Assembly (NCBI RefSeq): GCF_000010625.1
Contig: NC_010296.1
Coordinates: forward strand, 4,050,001 to 4,082,000
DNA from: Microcystis aeruginosa NIES-843
GTDB lineage: Bacteria > Cyanobacteriota > Cyanobacteriia > Cyanobacteriales > Microcystaceae
Length of the DNA stretch: 32,000 nucleotides
Direction: 5' to 3'
The notes beneath the pieces are model-generated. The model made no database searches. It was not told the DNA's origin and saw only the letters and a program-made list of their open reading frames with translations. Every line of letters begins with the position of its first letter. Positions within the stretch are counted from its first letter, which is position 1. Made by a program: the position numbers and the translations under genes. Positions 15,703-24,628 of this stretch are shown here, in pieces.

Positions 15703-17514
15703 TTAATCAGAAGCATTTACCTTTGAAATAGCAGTTTTTAAATAGGAAACCACCTCATTAATTGCTACTTCTGACGCTTTTTTACTGGCTCTTTCAACTA
15801 ATTCCACCTTACCCGATTTGAGAGATTTACCCGTGACAATGCGATAGGGAATCCCAATTAAATCCGCATCTTTGAACTTAACTCCTGCACGTTCATCCCG
15901 GTCATCTAAAAGGGTTTCAATGCCCGCTTGATTTAACTCATTGTATAAACTTTCGGCGGTTTTTACCTGCTCGGCATCAGCTAAATTGGGAATAACCACA
16001 ATCGCTTGATAAGGGGCAATAGCTACCGGCCAAATAATGCCATCTTTATCGTAGGATTGTTCTACGGCTGCCTGTGCTAAACGCGATACTCCTATGCCAT
16101 AACAACCCATACAAATGGGGGTAGATTCTCCCGCTTCATTAGTATAAAAAGCATTCATGGCTTGAGAATATTTATAGCCCAATTGGAAGATATGACCGAC
16201 TTCAATTCCTCTAGCACTTTGCAAGGTTTGATTAGGATCATGAATAGCTCGATCGCCTACCTGGGCTTTGCGTAGATCGACGATTAATTCCGGTAAGATA
16301 AAATCTTTACCCCAATTCGCCCCCACTAAATGAAACCCCGTTTCATTTGCACCGGTGATCAAGTTTTCTAAGTCTGTCACCGTGTTGTCTGCTATGCGTA
16401 AAAATTGAGGAGCTATATCGCTGGCTTTTTTGAGCAAATTATCTTCTAAGTCGGGACCAATATAACCTAAAGGTAAAGGTTTAGTTGCCCATTTCTGTTG
16501 AGCGGCAGCATCGGGTATTTTTAAAGCCAAAATTGTTTTAGCATTGTAACGGCTCGCCTGTCTAACTAATTCATTTTGTAGTTTAACTTCGTTAACCTCT
16601 TGATCTCCCCGAATGCTCACCAAAACTAAAACAGTTATGCCGCTATCATAAACCACTTCGTAGAGAACATTTTTGACGATAGCGGTGGCAGCACAATCGA
16701 GAAATTTAGCTAAACTTTCGATAGTGTTGGTGTTAGGAGTCTCTTTTTTAGCAAACTTTTTAAAGGGAGAAGCCACTTTATCTGCCGGCAAAGAAACGGC
16801 TTTTTCCACATTAGCCGCATACTTTTCATCGGCGGTAAATAAAACCTCATCTTCGCCAGCATCAGCTAAGACCATAAATTCTTGGGATGCGGAACCGCCA
16901 ATCGCTCCAGAATCGGCTTCTACTGCCCGAAAAGCTAACCCACAACGGCGGAAAATATTGCGGTAAGCTATATCCATCGCTTGATAGGTTTTCTTTAAAC
17001 ATTCCTCGTCGAGATTGAAAGAATAGGCATCTTTCATAATAAATTCTCGTCCCCGCATTAAACCAAAACGAGGGCGAATTTCATCGCGAAATTTAGTTTG
17101 AATCTGATATAAATTAACCGGTAATTGTCGATAGGAACGAATTAAATCACGAGCGACGGCAGTAATTACTTCTTCGTGAGTCGGTCCTAATCCTAACTCC
17201 CGGTTTTGCCGGTCCGTCAGGGCAAACATGATCCCTTCTGCTTTTGTGTAGGTGTCCCAACGGCCTGATTCTTGCCAGAGTTCCGCCGGTTGCAGTTGGG
17301 GAAGTAAACATTCTTGGGCACCGGCTTTATTCATTTCTTCCCGGACTATCTGGGAGACTTTCTGCAAAACCCGCCACATCAGGGGTAAATAGGCGTAAAT
17401 ACCGCTGCCAATGCGACGAATGTAACCGGCACGCACCAAGCATTTATGACTGGGGATTTCCGCCTCGGCTGGGTCTTCCCGGAGAGTGACAAAAAGCTGT
17501 TGAGAGAGTCGCAT
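15703..17514 (-). CDS. proS: Proline--tRNA ligase
   Basis: 603 aa. Class II aaRS motifs ([25 protein letters not shown]; [10 protein letters not shown]), a bacterial-type insertion/editing domain, and a C-terminal anticodon-binding domain. Confidence 0.95.
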   Translation of the reverse strand: MRLSQQLFVTLREDPAEAEIPSHKCLVRAGYIRRIGSGIYAYLPLMWRVLQKVSQIVREEMNKAGAQECLLPQLQPAELWQESGRWDTYTKAEGIMFALTDRQNRELGLGPTHEEVITAVARDLIRSYRQLPVNLYQIQTKFRDEIRPRFGLMRGREFIMKDAYSFNLDEECLKKTYQAMDIAYRNIFRRCGLAFRAVEADSGAIGGSASQEFMVLADAGEDEVLFTADEKYAANVEKAVSLPADKVASPFKKFAKKETPNTNTIESLAKFLDCAATAIVKNVLYEVVYDSGITVLVLVSIRGDQEVNEVKLQNELVRQASRYNAKTILALKIPDAAAQQKWATKPLPLGYIGPDLEDNLLKKASDIAPQFLRIADNTVTDLENLITGANETGFHLVGANWGKDFILPELIVDLRKAQVGDRAIHDPNQTLQSARGIEVGHIFQLGYKYSQAMNAFYTNEAGESTPICMGCYGIGVSRLAQAAVEQSYDKDGIIWPVAIAPYQAIVVIPNLADAEQVKTAESLYNELNQAGIETLLDDRDERAGVKFKDADLIGIPYRIVTGKSLKSGKVELVERASKKASEVAINEVVSYLKTAISKVNASD

Positions 17515-18677
17515 CCTATCGATATCCTTTTGAACAGAAGACTTTCTATTATCTCATCAAAGGAGAGCGACTGCAATGATCAATTACTTGTGTTGACAAA
17601 CAATAACAGCGATCAGTTTACCGATTCTCAGGTATTTCCCCTCACAACTTGAGACTGGTTGGAGACGCATTGAACCTTAGTGGCAATTGCCTAACTCCCT
17701 TGTTCTCTACTCTAGGAAATATGAGCGTTCAGGTTGATCGCTGTTATCGTCGTTATCGAGACAGAATGTAACTTTAACAGGGTTTACTCCTTTGTGAACT
17801 TGACCTTATAACCTTGCCAGTTGATCTGTCAGGGAAGCTTTTTTCTTTAGCTTCAATTATTAATATAACATCGGATCGGAGCTAGAAGTCTTTCTCTTAA
17901 TCAAAGTTTACATTGCCAGCATCAAGGAAAAGCCTAGTAGTCTGTCAAAGCAATTATGTCGGATAATAGGAATGTAAATAAGCTAACCCCGAAAAACAAT
18001 GCCAGCCAAACAATACATTGTCTGCTTAACTGAAGATGAACGCAAGAGTCTCAACAAACTAACCACAACAGGTAAAGCTTCCGCTAGAAAAATTAATCAT
18101 GCTCGAATTTTACTGAAAGCAGATATCAATCAACCCGATGGAGGTTGTAGAGATCAACAAATCAGTGAAGCCTTGAATATCAGTACCAGAAGCATTGAGA
18201 GAGTCAGACAAAGATTTGTGGAAGAAAGCCTAGAAAATGCACTTAACCCTCGTCCGAAAAAGTCATTAAAGCTCAAAAAGATAGACGGAGAAGCAGAAGC
18301 CCATTTAATCGCACTGGCTTGCTCACAAGTGCCTCAAGGTTATAACCGTTGGACATTACGACTACTGGCAGAGGAAATGGTAACTTGAGAATACATAGAA
18401 AGCATTTCTTCTGAAACAGTGCGACAGGTCTTAAAAAAAACGAGCTAAAACCTTGGTTAAAAGAATCTTGGGTAATTCCACCTCAAGCCAATGCCGAATT
18501 TGTCTGTCAAAGGTCAGAAGTGTTACAACTTTACACCAGCAACTATGACCCAGATTATCCCTTAGTTTGTTTTGATGAGACCTCAAAACAACTGATTTCA
18601 GAAATCAATTCGCCAATTGCTGCCGAACCGGGTAAGTCCGAACGTTTTGATTATGAATATCAGCGAGAAGGAGTTTC

Positions 18678-18865
18678 GGTTCTTCGGTTTGTGTTATGCA
18701 ATGGACGGGAGTTATAAGGGGTGAAACCCTTATATAGAAAGACATGGCTGCGATTTTTGCCAATTGTTTTCAATCTAGAACGAGCTAATCAATTAAGTCC
18801 CTTGCCAGATAAGGATTTAGCCGATTTCTGCCCCCTGATCGAACCATACCAAGTAACGAAGAACC
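18678..18865 (+). mobile_element. MITE family A, copy 2 (188 bp), nested in the dead transposase gene
   Basis: Same termini as copy 1 (GGTTCTTCGG..CGAAGAACC). Exact 8-bp direct repeats GGAGTTTC at 18670-18677 and 18866-18873. Removing it restores the transposase frame. Confidence 0.85.
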
Positions 18866-18973
18866 GGAGTTTCTAATTTATTCATGTTTTTTGAGCCGTT
18901 TACGGGTTGGAGACATGTGGAAGTCACTGACCAACGTAGGAGTGTTGACTATGCCCAACAAATGAAGTATTTA

Positions 18974-19187
18974 GGGCTTGCTGAATAAATCTAAAAAGCT
19001 TGTTGGATAAGGTTTTTAGGCTTTTTTGACCTCAAAAAGTGCCTAGCCTTGGAGTGATCGGGGGTAAAATTCCTGGACTTTTTCCCTGAAAATTAGGTAA
19101 TTGACCACCTGAAAATGAGTAAAACCCCACACCCCACACCCCACACCCCACACCCTGCCACCACCGAAAAACTTTTTCAGCAGACCC
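18974..19187 (+). mobile_element. MITE family B (214 bp) with internal (CCCCACA)4 tract, nested in the dead transposase gene
   Basis: Termini are GGGCTTGCTGAA .. TTCAGCAGACCC (10/12 inverted match). Direct repeats TATTTA at 18968-18973 and 19188-19193. Removing it restores ..AQQMKYL|VDQRHP.. Confidence 0.75.
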
Positions 19188-19561
19188 TATTTAGTTGATC
19201 AACGTCATCCTCAAGCCAAGAAAATTAAAGTAGTTCAAGATAATCTGAATACTCATGTCAAAGCATCTGTTTATAAAGCTTTTACCCCAGTCGAAGCAAG
19301 AGGCATTCTGGATAAATTGGAGTTTCATTATACTCCTAAACATGGAAGTTGGTTAAATAGGGCTGAAATTGAGTTGAGTGTTTTAAGCCGACAGTGCCTT
19401 GAGCGGCCTATTGAAGACAAGGAAATCTTAACAGAAGAAGTAGCAGCTTGGGAAAAACGCAGAAATGAAAATTCTGCTCCTGTAGATTGGCGATTTACCA
19501 CTGAAGATGCCCGAATTAAATTAAAAAGCTTGTATCCGTCAATAACATCTTGACAGACCAC

Positions 19562-21094
19562 TAGCTTGATATGCACCTTCTGTATCATTCCAAAAATTAG
19601 TAATTCTTGAAACTGGATAATCATCATGATATAAAACATAAGTCAAGGCTTTACTTGTTTCATAAAGACGATTATATTTAGCTAAATTATCCATTCCCTC
19701 TTTATTAGTGCGCCAGCTTTTTCCTGTACCAGGTGAATATTTAGTTCCGTTAAATTCAAAAACAAAATCACCAGTAGTAAAATAACCACTTGGCCTTAAA
19801 TCTAAAGGGATAAAAACTTTACTACCTTCAGGTATTGTATCAGGATTATTTCTTTCTTCTGTTGTCATTGTGCGTCTTTCTCCATTAGGTAACTCGATAT
19901 ATCTCCAATGATGATCTTCTCTCCAGTCTTTAAAAGTAAATAAAGAATGACATTTTAAATTTCTAATACATTTTGCATAGAAAATAATATGATCCCCTAT
20001 TGTTTCAATAGTAGATGTATTACCCATTGTCATTTTTTTTGTTTTATAAGTAATATTTGCTACAAAATTCTCCCCGCCAAAAACCTCATCCATCAATTCC
20101 CGAACATGATGAACATTCTCATCGGAAATCTGCACAAAAACACTACCGCTATCAGTCAAAAACTCCCGGGACAATAACAAACGATTGCGTAAATAACTCA
20201 GATAGGAATGTAACCCTAATTCCCAAGTATCTCGATAAGCTTGCACCATCTCCGGTTCGCGGGTGAAATCATCGTCATCGTTGTGTTTAACGTCGCGTTT
20301 TCTGACAAAAGGTTGAAAATTAGAACCAAATTTTACCCCGTAGGGAGGGTCAATATAAATCATCTGCACCTTACCCCCCATCCCCTCGTATTGCAGTAGG
20401 GAGTTCATCGTCACCAACGAGTCACCGAGAATCATCCGGTTTACCCATTTATCGTGGTACTCGTAAGCTCGGAGAATCTGGTCAGTAATTGACCATTTAG
20501 GGTCATTAAATAGTTCAAATAGATTCAATTGTTCCCCTTTTTCCACCTTGTGGGATTTCAGGGTTTCAATAATTGCCCTAGTGGATAAACGTTCATGGAC
20601 AAATAGGGGTAAAGTCGGCACTTGAAAAGATAACCTTTCGGCCTTTCCTGTCCAATTTAAAAACGGTTCACCGATTGCCTTGAGTTTACGCGCTGCTATT
20701 TTGGCGGTTTCTAAATCTTCTGCCGCGAGAATTTGCTCAATAGACCTCTTGCAAAAGTCTTAAGTCGATCCTTGTACAGCAACATTTTTGAAGATTATCA
20801 ACTACTAATAAATAATTAACTGAAAGTCCCTCCCATTATTGTTTCTATCGTTTGTTTTCGGATTTATGCAAGAGGTCTAATTAAGGCCTCAGCTTGTTCT
20901 CGTGCGGGGTTTTCATCCCAGTTTAACTCCGGGGACAAGGAGGAATCATAACGATAGGTGACAGGGGGTTTCTTTTTCTTGAAGTGGGGTTCCGTGCCAA
21001 TATCGGGACGCTGGGGATGTTCCTCGCCATGATTGTAACTTTTGGCTTCCGTTTGCTTGTTCGTCTTCTTGGGCATTAGCAACTCTTCCTCCAA
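19562..21094 (-). pseudogene. Beta-class (DPPY) N6-adenine/N4-cytosine DNA methyltransferase pseudogene, type III Mod-like
   Basis: Track ORFs 20864..21094 and 19539..20621 (a GTG artefact start) join in frame once the TA-flanked 145-bp MITE is removed. The junction reads ..EQAEALI|IEQILAAEDLETAKIAARKLKAIGEPFLNWTGKAERLSFQVPTLPLFVHERL.. Motif IV is present (IYIDPPYG), with DSGSVFVQISDENVHHVRELMDEVFG downstream. The C-terminal AdoMet-binding motif (FxGSGTT type) is absent because the gene ends at the IS boundary. Confidence 0.8.
20743..20887. mobile_element. MITE family C (145 bp), TA-flanked, inside the methyltransferase gene
   Basis: Perfect 11-bp terminal inverted repeats GACCTCTTGCA..TGCAAGAGGTC. 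TA sits on both sides (20741-20742, 20888-20889), which fits Tc1/IS630-type mobilisation. No coding capacity. Confidence 0.75.
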
Positions 21095-21141
21095 GGCGAG
21101 GTCAATCTTTATTGTAACTGCTCAACAACCCCAAGAGAGCC

Positions 21142-21178
21142 AAAAAAAGGCGAACTTCTCTGGGGAGAAATTCGCCTT
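21142..21178 (-). terminator. Rho-independent terminator of psbO
   Basis: The minus strand reads aaggcgaatttctcCCCAgagaagttcgcctt followed by seven T. It lies 28 nt downstream of the psbO stop. Confidence 0.6.
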
Positions 21179-21205
21179 AATTTCCAGAAATTCTGAATTT
21201 ATTAA

Positions 21206-22039
21206 TTAGGCACGAGCTTCGAGACGACCGTAGAAAATGCCGCGAATTTTCACTTCTTCAGCATCTTTTGCGCCTAAATCGGTGTCGGAAGGCTGCTCAC
21301 TTTCAAAAACACCAGCAAACTCGCCAGTAGAAGCGTCAACTTTAGTTACCTGTAAAGACATAGTACCTTTACCCAGTTCCGTCGCTTTGACGTTAGCGCG
21401 CTGGAAATCTTGACTATCAGCACTAGCGGGTAAAGCGACAGCATTATCATAACCGGTTACCACACCCCGACCTTTGGGATCTAAGAAACCAGCGCCACGA
21501 TAGGAGGGAACTTTAAAGTCGCCTTCAAAATCCGTGGAACTGTTAATCGAGTTAAATCCGGCTTCGGTTTTGCCAGTGAAACCTTTGATGGTAAAGAACA
21601 AGGGAACTCTTTCACCTCCGGGTAATTGTACGGTAACGGGTTGGAAATCGATACCGTCTTCTTCCTTGAGGGTTAAAACACCGTCTTCGCCTACGGTTAA
21701 ACTCGCTGTCATCTGTTCTAAACTGGTGGTATCTCTGGTTAGGAGTTTACCCGGTATAAAGGTGGCTGCTTCCCGCTTATTAACGGGTTCACCCTTGACA
21801 AAATATTCTTGGGGTTCTAAGCATAAATCTGTCACCACATAACTTTCGCCGCGTTCTAAGGGGAGAGTACCCCGGGTGAACTCGGAAATCTGGGGACATT
21901 TGTTAGCTAATCCCGTGTTTAAAATTTCATCATAGGTTAGCTCGTTTCTATTCAGGACGGCACTAGGCGCGTCGCTACAAGCTGTCAACACCCCTAAGCA
22001 CAAGGCTAAAAAGGCAACTAACAAGGCACGAAATCTCAT
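21206..22039 (-). CDS. psbO: Photosystem II manganese-stabilising protein PsbO
   Basis: 277 aa with a signal peptide, then the canonical PsbO sequence (LTYDEILNTGLANKCPQ..; ..FQPVTVQLPGGERVPLFFTIKGF..; ..GEFAGVFESEQPSDTDLGAK..IKIRGIFYGRLE). Confidence 0.95.
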   Translation of the reverse strand: MRFRALLVAFLALCLGVLTACSDAPSAVLNRNELTYDEILNTGLANKCPQISEFTRGTLPLERGESYVVTDLCLEPQEYFVKGEPVNKREAATFIPGKLLTRDTTSLEQMTASLTVGEDGVLTLKEEDGIDFQPVTVQLPGGERVPLFFTIKGFTGKTEAGFNSINSSTDFEGDFKVPSYRGAGFLDPKGRGVVTGYDNAVALPASADSQDFQRANVKATELGKGTMSLQVTKVDASTGEFAGVFESEQPSDTDLGAKDAEEVKIRGIFYGRLEARA

Positions 22040-22193
22040 CTATGTCAACCTCTCTTTGTCAATCTTTACAATTACTACCCTTGATCCATAGCCTGATGAA
22101 TTATCGAATCGGTCGGGCCAATTCACCGAAACTCAGTTTATCAAAGATCAGTGACCATTGAGAAGATGGGAGACAGGGGACGGCAGGCAGGGG

Positions 22194-22260
22194 ATAGGAG
22201 TCAGGAGATAGGAGTCAGGAGACGGGAGGCAGCCGGCAAGAGGCAGGAGGCAAGAGGCAA
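22194..22260. repeat. Purine-rich 14-bp-period repeats upstream of psbO
   Basis: ATAGGAGTCAGGAG occurs twice in tandem (22194-22221). GGCAAGAGGCA occurs twice at a 14-bp period (22235-22245, 22249-22259). Confidence 0.8.
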
Positions 22261-22379
22261 CAGTAAAGAGATTGGAGGAGATTCGGCTAATCGAAGAATA
22301 AGCAGTTTAAATACGTCTTAGCTTAGGAGTCAGTCCCGATGAAAAAATTTTCACCACCACAGATGAAAGAGGTTTCCTT

Positions 22380-22477
22380 CCCCACACCCCACACCCCACA
22401 CCCCACACCCTACACCCCACTTCCCCACTTCCCCACTTCCCCACTTCCCCACACCCCACACCCCACACCCCACACCC
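22380..22477. repeat. STRR-like tandem repeats (CCCCACA)4-CCCTACA-(CCCCACTT)4-(CCCCACA)4
   Basis: Counted directly from the sequence. The tract has no spacers and no coding potential. Confidence 0.9.
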
Positions 22478-22554
22478 TCTTTCAACTCAGGAGGCTCTAA
22501 GTAACTGATAGCTGATGACTGATATGATTGGTGTGACTGTTTTCAAATAGGAAC

Positions 22555-22899
22555 ATGAATAGCCGATTGCCGGGAGATAACAGCCAATTAGATAGCCAAC
22601 TAGATTCCCTTGTAACGACGGTGACAGCGATCGCCCAAGAACAGCAGGGAGATTGTAACGGTTTGTTAATGTTGCTGCGAACTTTAGAAAATTTACATCG
22701 GCAAATTCGCGAGCAGATGTTCGAGCCATCTTTACCCAATACCCGTAAGGACTTATACGGATTACTCCGGGATATCGAGGAAACCGGGGGATGGCCCTAT
22801 ATAGAACGGATGAAGTTACAAATGTTAATGGAAAAATTATTAGCCAGTGAAGTCGGCGCGCTCGATTCGGCGGCAAAAACCGATGATCGAGAAACCTGA
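22555..22899 (+). CDS. Conserved-looking hypothetical protein (114 aa)
   Basis: Helical composition: ..CNGLLMLLRTLENLHRQIREQMFEPSLPNTRKDLYGLLRDIEETGGWPYIERMKLQMLMEKLL.. I prefer it to the overlapping antisense ORF 22487..22876, which looks compositionally random. Family not recognised. Confidence 0.5.
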   Translation: MNSRLPGDNSQLDSQLDSLVTTVTAIAQEQQGDCNGLLMLLRTLENLHRQIREQMFEPSLPNTRKDLYGLLRDIEETGGWPYIERMKLQMLMEKLLASEVGALDSAAKTDDRET

Positions 22900-22908
22900 A
22901 AAGGTATT

Positions 22909-22958
22909 GGGTTTTTAGGGTGTTAGGGTGTTGGGGTTTTGGGGTTTTAGGGTTTTAG
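22909..22958. repeat. G-rich degenerate repeats (GGGTGTTA / GGGGTTTT units)
   Basis: gggtttttagggtgttagggtgttggggttttggggttttagggttttag. Six G3-4 runs lie within 50 nt on the plus strand. Confidence 0.7.
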
Positions 22959-22966
22959 CTGAAATT

Positions 22967-23070
22967 CCCCATTTCCCCATTTCCCCATTTCCCCATTTCC
23001 CCATTTCCCCATTTCCCCATCTCCCCATCTCCCCATCTCCCCATCTCCCCATTTCCCCTATCCCCCCATT
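22967..23070. repeat. Octamer tandem repeats (CCCCATTT)6-(CCCCATCT)4-CCCCATTT plus degenerate units
   Basis: Counted directly. The tract ends 72 bp upstream of the 23143 start codon. The track ORF 22928..23146 is simply its translation (PHFPISPFPHFPIS..). Confidence 0.9.
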
Positions 23071-23142
23071 GCCTATCGCCAAGGGGTACGGAGCGGGTTA
23101 CAGTATTGGGAAAATGGATATTTTAGGGGTAGTTCGTAAATC

Positions 23143-24576
23143 ATGACCACCGTGAACCCGATTAAATTTGGAACCGATGGCTGGCGCGGGATTATCGCCG
23201 CCGATTTTACTTTCGATCGAGTCGCTCTGCTCGCTCCCTTGGCGGCTCAGGTTTTAGCGGATAATTATGGTCAGATCACAGGTTCGCGGACGATGATCGT
23301 CGGCTATGATCGGCGGTTTATGGCGGAGGATTTTGCTCAAACTGCGGCGGAATCGCTTCAAAAAGCCGGTTTTGATGTGCTTCTCTCCCAATCCTACGCT
23401 CCGACTCCCGCTTTTAGTTGGGCAGCTCGAGCAGAAAATGCTCTCGGTGCGATCGTGTTAACCGCCAGTCATAACCCAGCCAAATATCTCGGTTTGAAGG
23501 TTAAAGGTTATTTTGGTGGTTCTGTCTCGCCGGAAATTACCCAACAAATTGAAGCTTTATTGTCTAATCCGCCGCAATTTAACGCAGCTGCCGGTAAATT
23601 AAACACTTTTGAGCCATGGTCAGGTTATTGTCAGGGTTTACGCCAAAAAGTTAATATTGCCGCTATTGCCAACGCGATCGAATCGGGACAACTAAAAGTT
23701 TATTCCGATGTCATGCACGGTGCGGCGGCTACCGGTTTAGAGCGTCTTTTGGGGGTGGGGATCACGGAATTACGCGGCAATCGCGATCCTTTGTTCGGTG
23801 GCGGCTCTCCAGAACCTTTACCGAGAAATTTGAGGGAAATCATCGATAAACTGGCTCACAGCGCAAATTTAGCCCCTTTGCGAGTAGGTTTGGTCTTCGA
23901 TGGGGATAGCGATCGAGTAGCGGCGATCGATGGTCGGGGGAATTTTTTAAGCACCCAAAATCTCATCCCGATTTTAATCGAGCATTTAGCCGGCAAAAAG
24001 GGAATGAGAGGGGAAATTGTGAAAACGGTGAGCGGTTCCGATTTAATCCCCAAATTAGCCAGTTTATACGGTTTATCGGTCTTTGAAACCCCGATCGGTT
24101 ATAAGTATATCGCCGATCGAATGTTGACCACTCCTGTGTTAATTGGTGGGGAAGAGTCGGGAGGTGTCGGTTATGGTACTCACATTCCCGAACGGGATGC
24201 TTTATTATCAGCTTTATACGTTTTGGAAGCGGTGGTAGAATCGGGCCAAGATTTAAGCGATCTTTACGCGCAATTACAGGATAAAACCGGGTTTCATTCT
24301 GAGTATGATCGCATTGATTTACCCTTAGCTAATATGGAAGCTCGCAATCAGTTAATTACTGCTTTGGATAAGGAACCCTTAAGGGAAATTGCTGGTAAAC
24401 AAGTGACTGATTGTAATACTATGGACGGTTATAAATTCCGTTTAGAAGATGGCAGTTGGTTGTTAATTCGCTTTAGTGGCACCGAACCGGTTTTGCGTCT
24501 CTACTGTGAATCTTCAACCCTCGATCGAGTTGATGAAATTCTCGCCTGGGCAAAATCTTGGGCTATCTATATCTAA
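23143..24576 (+). CDS. Phosphoglucomutase/phosphomannomutase-family (alpha-D-phosphohexomutase) protein
   Basis: 477 aa. Catalytic-serine loop TASHNPAKYLGLKV, metal-binding loop FDGDSDRVAAID, sugar-binding loop GGEESGG. Confidence 0.9.
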   Translation: MTTVNPIKFGTDGWRGIIAADFTFDRVALLAPLAAQVLADNYGQITGSRTMIVGYDRRFMAEDFAQTAAESLQKAGFDVLLSQSYAPTPAFSWAARAENALGAIVLTASHNPAKYLGLKVKGYFGGSVSPEITQQIEALLSNPPQFNAAAGKLNTFEPWSGYCQGLRQKVNIAAIANAIESGQLKVYSDVMHGAAATGLERLLGVGITELRGNRDPLFGGGSPEPLPRNLREIIDKLAHSANLAPLRVGLVFDGDSDRVAAIDGRGNFLSTQNLIPILIEHLAGKKGMRGEIVKTVSGSDLIPKLASLYGLSVFETPIGYKYIADRMLTTPVLIGGEESGGVGYGTHIPERDALLSALYVLEAVVESGQDLSDLYAQLQDKTGFHSEYDRIDLPLANMEARNQLITALDKEPLREIAGKQVTDCNTMDGYKFRLEDGSWLLIRFSGTEPVLRLYCESSTLDRVDEILAWAKSWAIYI

Positions 24577-24577
24577 T

Positions 24578-24610
24578 AGAAAACGGGTTTCTTGAAGAAA
24601 CCCGTTTTCT
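24578..24610. terminator. Bidirectional hairpin terminator between convergent genes
   Basis: Perfect 14-bp stem agaaaacgggtttc / gaaacccgttttct with a 5-nt loop, flanked by A/T runs on both sides. It lies between the phosphohexomutase stop (24576) and the glcF stop (24629). Confidence 0.7.
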
Positions 24611-24628
24611 ATTTTAAACGGGGATGAA

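Larger units (their letters stand above)
17999..19553 (+). pseudogene. IS630-family transposase pseudogene
   Basis: Fragments 17999..18388, 18520..18717 and 19317..19553 plus the unlisted pieces join into a typical IS630 transposase. The joined sequence includes ..RWTLRLLAEEMVT*EYIESISSETVRQVLKK.., ..YQREGVS|NLFMFFEPFTGWRHVEV..MKYL|VDQRHPQAKKIKVVQDNLNTH..EFHYTPKHGSWLNRAEIE.. Lesions: an in-frame TGA at 18386-18388, a frameshift at the A8 run 18433-18440, and two MITE insertions. Confidence 0.85.
17937..19561 (+). mobile_element. Degenerate IS630-family element carrying two nested MITEs
   Basis: Ends are GTAGTCTGTCAA (17937-) and TTGACAGACCAC (-19561). TA flanks sit at 17935-17936 and 19562-19563. 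About 1209 bp remain after subtracting the two nested insertions and their duplications. Confidence 0.85.

Noticed and set aside
17650-17936. Search for the missing 3' half of the methyltransferase. A minus-strand fragment reads ..LRSDVILIIEAKEKSFPDRSTGKV.. with a PD-(D/E)xK-like D..EAK motif
   Set aside because: No frame continues the methyltransferase. The nuclease-like motif sits in a ~45-codon stretch bounded by stops, which is too short to call without a database search. A 13-bp inverted repeat (ATAACAGCGATCA at 17611 and 17746) is also unexplained.
19328-19639. 103-aa minus-strand ORF spanning the IS/methyltransferase boundary
   Set aside because: It is antisense to the transposase 3' end and out of frame with the methyltransferase.
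22487-22876. 129-aa and 80-aa minus-strand ORFs opposite the 114-aa ORF
   Set aside because: The translations look random, are rich in R/S/Y and lack helical periodicity. The plus-strand ORF is more protein-like, although neither could be verified.
22380-23070. Tandem repeat tracts considered as a CRISPR array
   Set aside because: The units are 7-8 bp and contiguous, with no spacers and no cas genes. These are STRR-type microsatellites, not CRISPR.
22928-23146. 72-aa ORF MLGFWGFRVLAEIPHFPISPFPHFPISPFPHLPIS..
   Set aside because: It is a direct translation of the octamer repeat array and not a plausible gene.
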